A stretch of 64,000 bases of DNA, from NCBI GenBank assembly GCA_963822965.1, contig CAWGJT010000006.1:512001-576000 (forward strand), written 5' to 3'. This DNA is from an uncultured delta proteobacterium. GTDB taxonomy: Bacteria; Myxococcota_A; UBA9160; UBA4427. Shown here one piece after another: positions 57,925-64,000 of this stretch. Within the stretch, counting starts at the first letter, position 1; every line of letters starts with the position of its first letter. A program made the position numbers and the translations under genes. The notes beneath the pieces were generated by a model. It worked only from the letters and a program-made list of their open reading frames with translations, searched no databases and was not told where the DNA came from.

Positions 57925-57988
57925 GCGCGTCCCGGCCGACCCGCGCCGGCGGGTCCGCGCGACACGGGGTGCGATAGAGTTCGCGGCC

Positions 57989-59373
57989 ATGCACGGACGA
58001 CGGATCGCGCCCGCCCTGGGCGCCGCCGCCCTGGCCTTCGCGGTGCTGCTCGCCCTGGGCTGGCCGGCGCCGGCCTACGCGGTCGCGATCGCCGCCATGA
58101 CCTTCGTCGCCGTCGCCACCCCCGTCTCCGCCAACGTGCAGATCGCCGCGGCCAGCGCCGCGGCCGTCGTGCTGGGCGTGCTCCCGGACAGCGGCATCGA
58201 GCAGGTGCAGATCGTCGGGCGTCTCTTCATCTCGCTGCTCAAGATGCTGATCGCCCCGATGATCCTGCTCTCCATCGTTCACGGCATCGCCGGCATGTCG
58301 CGCGCCCGGGATTTCGGCCGCATGGGTACGCGCACGGTGGTCCTCTACGTGGCGACCATGGCCCTGGCGGTCCTCACCGGGCTCGTCTTCGTCAACCTCT
58401 TCCAGCCGGGCGCGGGCAGCGAGCTGCGGCACAGCGAGTTCTTCGCGAAGGCCCTGGCGGAGGCCGGGGACCGCCGGCCCCCACCGACCTCGCCCTCGGC
58501 GACGCCGTCGCCCGCATCCTGATGAGCGTCTTCGGCAACCCGATCCGTGCGCTGGCCGACGGGCAGATCCTGCCGATCGTGACCTTCGCGGTGCTCTTCG
58601 GCCTGGCCCTGCTGCAGCTCGGCGAGCGCGTGCGACCCCTGGTGGACGTCCTGGGTGCGGCGAACCTGGCGGTGATGCACCTGATCGGGTGGTTCGTCCG
58701 GCTGGCGCCCGTGGGAATCTTCGCGCTCCTCGGCAACCTGATCGCCGGCACGGGCTTCGCCGAGCTCGCCCGCCACCTGGGCGCGTTCGCCGCCGTGGTG
58801 GTCGGCGCCACGCTGGTCCACGCCCTCGTGACCCTGCCGCTGGTGGTTCGATTCGTCGGGGGCGCCTCGCCCCTCGCCTTCCTGCGCGGCATCCAGCCGG
58901 CGCTCTGGGTCGCCTTCTCCACGAGCTCGAGCGCGGCCACCCTGCCGGTCACGACCCGCTGCGTCGAGGACGATCTCGCCGTCCCGACCGAGGTCGCGAG
59001 CTTCGTGCTGCCCCTGGGCGCCACCGTGAACATGGACGGCACCGCCCTGTACGAGGCCATCGCCGCCATCTTCGTGGCGAACATCTACGGCATGGAGCTT
59101 CCCCTGGCGAGCCAGCTCGTCGTCTTCGCGATCGCCATGGTGTCGGCCATCGGCGCACCGGGCATTCCGTCGGCGGGCATGGTGACGATGGTGGTGGTGC
59201 TGGAGGCGGTGGGGCTCCCCGCGGAGGCGGTGGCGTTGCTGCTCACCATCGACCGGGTGCTCGACACGATCCGCACGATGACGAACGTGGAGGGGGACGC
59301 GGCCGTGGCCCTGTGCGTGGCACGCCTGGGCCCCGCCCGCGCGCCCAATGCCCCGAGCGCGGTGAACCGATAA
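57989..59373 (+). pseudogene. Dicarboxylate/amino acid:cation symporter (DAACS/GltP) split by a frameshift
   Basis: N-half LFISLLKMLIAP (57989-58522) and C-half AFSTSSSAATLP, GATVNMDGTALYE, DRVLDTIRT (58522-59373); frames join with one extra base near 58466-58482. Confidence 0.8.
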
Positions 59374-59405
59374 GCTCCGGCTTCCCCGCGCCGCACAGGA
59401 GAAGC

Positions 59406-60800
59406 ATGGCCAGCCTCGACGGCGCGCTCGCGCCCGCCGCCTCCCGAAGCGAGCGGCTCTCCCTCCCCGTGATCCTCGCCTACTGCCTCCCGACCGTGGG
59501 CTGTGGCTTCATGTTCCTGCTCATCGGGCTGTACCTGATGAAGTTCGCGACCGACGTGCTGCTCATCGCGCCGGCCGCAATGGGGACGATCTTCGGCCTG
59601 TCGCGCATCTGGGACGCGGTCTCGGATCCCATCGCCGGCTATCTCAGCGATCGCACGAATCACCCGGCGGGACGACGCAGGCCCTGGATCTTCGCCTCGA
59701 CGATCCCCATCGGGCTGGCGTACTGGATGGCCTGGAGCCCCCCGGAATCCCTGACCGGCACACCGCTCACCCTGTGGATGGGCGTCGGCATCTTCGGCTT
59801 CTACTCGGCCATGACCATCTTCATCGTGCCCCACATGTCCCTGGGCGCCGAGCTCACCGCCGACTATCACGAGCGGAGCCGCATCTTCGGGTTCCGCCAC
59901 GTGGGCTGGACGATCGGCTCGATTCTCGCGCTGGCGGGCATGGCGGTGCTGATCCAGGCCGAGGGATCGTCTCCCGCGGCGTCACGCCAGGCGGCCTCCC
60001 AGCTCGCCGTCGGCGCCGCGCTGGTGACGGTGCTGCTCGTCGGCTGGGCCGCCCTCCGCCTGCGCGAACGACCGGAGTTCCGGGGGCGCGGCTCGGACCA
60101 TCCCTTCCGGGCCTTCGCGGACGTCTGGAGGAATCCGCACGCCCGACTTCTGCTCATCGTCACCGGCGTGGAGAACCTGGGGAGCGCAACCATCGGCATC
60201 CTCACGCTCTACGTGGCGCAGTACGTCGTGGAGGCGCCGCAGCTCGCGCCGGTCTTCATCCTCTGTTACATGGTGCCGTCCTTCGCCTCGGTGCCGATGT
60301 GGATCCCGATCTCGCGGCGCGTCGGCAAGAAGCACCTGTGGACCGCGTCGCTGGTGCTCACGGGCTTCTCGTTCGGCGGCATGTTCTTCCTGGGCAAGGG
60401 CGACGTCTGGCAGATCGCCCTGCTGGCCGTGTCGGCCGGGCTGGCGGCGGGTGCGGGCGGCACCATCGGCCCGTCGATCCAGGCCGACGTCATCGACTAC
60501 GACGAGTACGAGACGGGACAGCGCAAGGAGGGGGCCTACTTCTCCGCCTGGAACTTCGTCTTCAAGACCGCCTTCGGCGTCACCCTGATGCTCACGGGGT
60601 ACGTGCTCGAGCTGTCGGGCTTCGTTCCCAACGTCGAGCAGACCGAGGGCGTGAAGCTGGCCCTGCGCTCGCTCTACGGCGCCTACCCCTTCGTCTGCTA
60701 CCTGGGCGCCGCTGCGCTCTTCTCGCGCTTCCGCCTGGACGAGGTCGAGTACACCCGCATCCGGGAAGAGCTGGGGAGGCGCGCGCTCGAGACGCGCTGA
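59406..60800 (+). CDS. MFS transporter, GPH/MelB-like family (paralogue of 20411-21844)
   Basis: RIWDAVSDPIAGYLSDR, GRRRPW, ELTADYHERSR, ADVIDYDE..TGQRKEG; AGGAG SD. Confidence 0.9.
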   Translation: MASLDGALAPAASRSERLSLPVILAYCLPTVGCGFMFLLIGLYLMKFATDVLLIAPAAMGTIFGLSRIWDAVSDPIAGYLSDRTNHPAGRRRPWIFASTIPIGLAYWMAWSPPESLTGTPLTLWMGVGIFGFYSAMTIFIVPHMSLGAELTADYHERSRIFGFRHVGWTIGSILALAGMAVLIQAEGSSPAASRQAASQLAVGAALVTVLLVGWAALRLRERPEFRGRGSDHPFRAFADVWRNPHARLLLIVTGVENLGSATIGILTLYVAQYVVEAPQLAPVFILCYMVPSFASVPMWIPISRRVGKKHLWTASLVLTGFSFGGMFFLGKGDVWQIALLAVSAGLAAGAGGTIGPSIQADVIDYDEYETGQRKEGAYFSAWNFVFKTAFGVTLMLTGYVLELSGFVPNVEQTEGVKLALRSLYGAYPFVCYLGAAALFSRFRLDEVEYTRIREELGRRALETR

Positions 60801-60813
60801 GCGCACGGGGCGA

Positions 60814-61902
60814 TCAGCCGGCGAGCTCCTCGAGCACGTCGACGATGCGCACCACCGGATCATGGGACTCGGCGGCGGTCATGGCACCCACCAGCTCCGC
60901 CCGGCGGTCGAGGACGCTGCGAACGGCCGCCAGCAGCGAGGTGGCGTCCAGCGACTCCTGCTCGAGAACCAGCCCGTAGCCCTTCTCCGCGAACAGCCGG
61001 GCGTTGTCGATCTGGTCGCCCCGGCTCGCCGCGCGCGGCAGCGGGATCACCACCGCAGGCTTGCGTAGGGCGAGCAGCTCGGCGAGGGAGTTGGCGCCGG
61101 CCCGCGACACCACCACGTCCGCGCACGCGAAGGCGTCGCCGAACTCCGCGTCGAGGTACTCGTACTGGCGGTACTCGTCGCGCCCCTCGAGCGCCGGGTC
61201 GAGGTTTCCCGCGCCGCACACGTGCAGCACCTGCAGATCGCCGGGCAGCGCCGGCAGCGCCGCGCGCAGCGCGTCGTTGATGGCGCGGGCGCCCTGGCTG
61301 CCGCCGAACACGAGCACCGTCCGGCGCGCCGGGTCGAGACGGAAGCGGGCCAGGCCCTGCTGGCGATTCCCCGCCCGCAGCGCCGCGCGTACGGGCGTGC
61401 CCGTGTATACGGCGTCGCGAGCGCCGAGTCGCTGGCGCGTCTCGCGGAAGGCCAGACAGATGCGGCGCGCGAAGGGAAACGAGAGCCGGTTCGCCAGGCC
61501 CGGGGTGAGATCCGATTCGTGGACCACCACCGGGACACGGTTCAGCCAGGCGCCCACCACCACCGGCACGCCCACGAAGCCGCCCTTCGAGAAGACGACG
61601 GCCGGCGACAAGCGGTGGATCAGCAGGATCGCCTGCGCCACGCCGAGCAGGATGCGGAAGGGATCGAGCCAGTTCTCGAGGCTGCGATAGCGGCGCAGCT
61701 TGCCGGTCTGCACGCCGTGGTACGGCAGCCCGGCTTCCTCGGCGAGACGCCGCTCGATGCCGCCCAGCGATCCCACGTAGATCGGCTCGAAGCCCCGCGC
61801 ACGAAGCTCGGGAAGCAGCGCGAGGTTCGGGGTGACGTGACCCGCGGTGCCGCCGCCGGTCAGCACGATCCGGCGCCGCGCACCCTTGTCGCTCGTGGCC
61901 AA
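60814..61902 (-). CDS. murG: Undecaprenyl-PP-MurNAc-pentapeptide N-acetylglucosaminyltransferase
   Basis: TGGGTAGHV.P, KGGFV..P, HESD..PGLANR, TG.PVR, GGSQGA, SRAGA, Q..NA; start 61902 or 61911. Confidence 0.93.
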   Translation of the reverse strand: MATSDKGARRRIVLTGGGTAGHVTPNLALLPELRARGFEPIYVGSLGGIERRLAEEAGLPYHGVQTGKLRRYRSLENWLDPFRILLGVAQAILLIHRLSPAVVFSKGGFVGVPVVVGAWLNRVPVVVHESDLTPGLANRLSFPFARRICLAFRETRQRLGARDAVYTGTPVRAALRAGNRQQGLARFRLDPARRTVLVFGGSQGARAINDALRAALPALPGDLQVLHVCGAGNLDPALEGRDEYRQYEYLDAEFGDAFACADVVVSRAGANSLAELLALRKPAVVIPLPRAASRGDQIDNARLFAEKGYGLVLEQESLDATSLLAAVRSVLDRRAELVGAMTAAESHDPVVRIVDVLEELAG

Positions 61903-62062
61903 TGTGATCACCCCCCTGACCGGTCGCGGCTCGACCGGCGCCCGAGCATGCCGAATGGGCCCGCGGCGCGCCCCCACGCGCTCGCACCCCGCTCTCGCTT
62001 CCGCCACGGGAAGAAGATCAAGTCCCCCGGGGAGAGTGCCGATCGACCGGCGGGAGGAGAGC

Positions 62063-63814
<1,752 letters not shown>

Positions 63815-63838
63815 GGCGTCCCTGGCCCCGAGGACGGA

Positions 63839-64000
63839 TCAGGGCTGGGTCTGGGCCGGCCTCCAGTTGCCGTGGAAGCCGTAGGGGATGCGGTGCGGGA
63901 GCTTCACCGTCGCCAGGGGCTTCGCATCCACGTTGCACGCGTCGAGGACGAGGAGGTCGCTGCGATTCGCCGCGCCCCGATGCACGAGCACCAACACGAA
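63839..64000 (-). CDS. Carotenoid/lignostilbene cleavage oxygenase family protein, C-terminal 53 aa (runs off the window; absent from the ORF track)
   Basis: Own translation: ...RSDLLVLDA...PLATVKLPHRIPYGFHGNW...stop, the typical RPE65/CCO C-terminus with an Fe-ligand His. Confidence 0.85.
   Translation of the reverse strand, partial: FVLVLVHRGAANRSDLLVLDACNVDAKPLATVKLPHRIPYGFHGNWRPAQTQP

Overview
High-GC bacterial chromosomal DNA, about 70% GC by eye. The gene content suggests a Myxococcota/deltaproteobacterial genome, which is an inference. About 50 protein-coding genes; I saw no rRNA, tRNA, CRISPR array, integrase or transposase. (1) 0.2-17.8 kb is a heavy-metal island. The minus strand carries tolC-cusB-cusA-beta-phosphoglucomutase-GH65 phosphorylase, then ECF sigma, Cys-rich membrane anti-sigma and copA. 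Divergently on the plus strand are two MacB/FtsX-type permeases, an ABC ATPase with a C-terminal YHS domain, and the CDF exporter dmeF. The same bipartite motif GTCAC-N17-CGTA precedes the sigma gene, the cus operon and the ABC operon, which outlines a probable self-contained ECF metal regulon. This is the best candidate for an undescribed system here. (2) 25.6-37.4 kb holds bacterial DNA topoisomerase VI. Both subunits carry Lys/Arg-rich N-terminal tails, and top6B and top6A are separated by a ~6.3 kb TolC-MFP-RND cassette bounded by long palindromic repeats. A divergent EF-G paralogue with altered GTPase motifs lies next to top6B. (3) The rest is metabolic and envelope genes (SDRs, LLM oxidoreductases, crotonases, acyl-CoA ligase, sulfatase, phoX, arsR-arsI, mscS, NfeD-flotillin, prs, orphan murG, a sensor kinase) plus several broken genes. 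Several families of 160-180 bp CTAG/TA-bounded palindromic intergenic elements occur. Start codons were re-picked by eye where the ORF track over-extends. Product calls come from motif recognition only; no database search was run.
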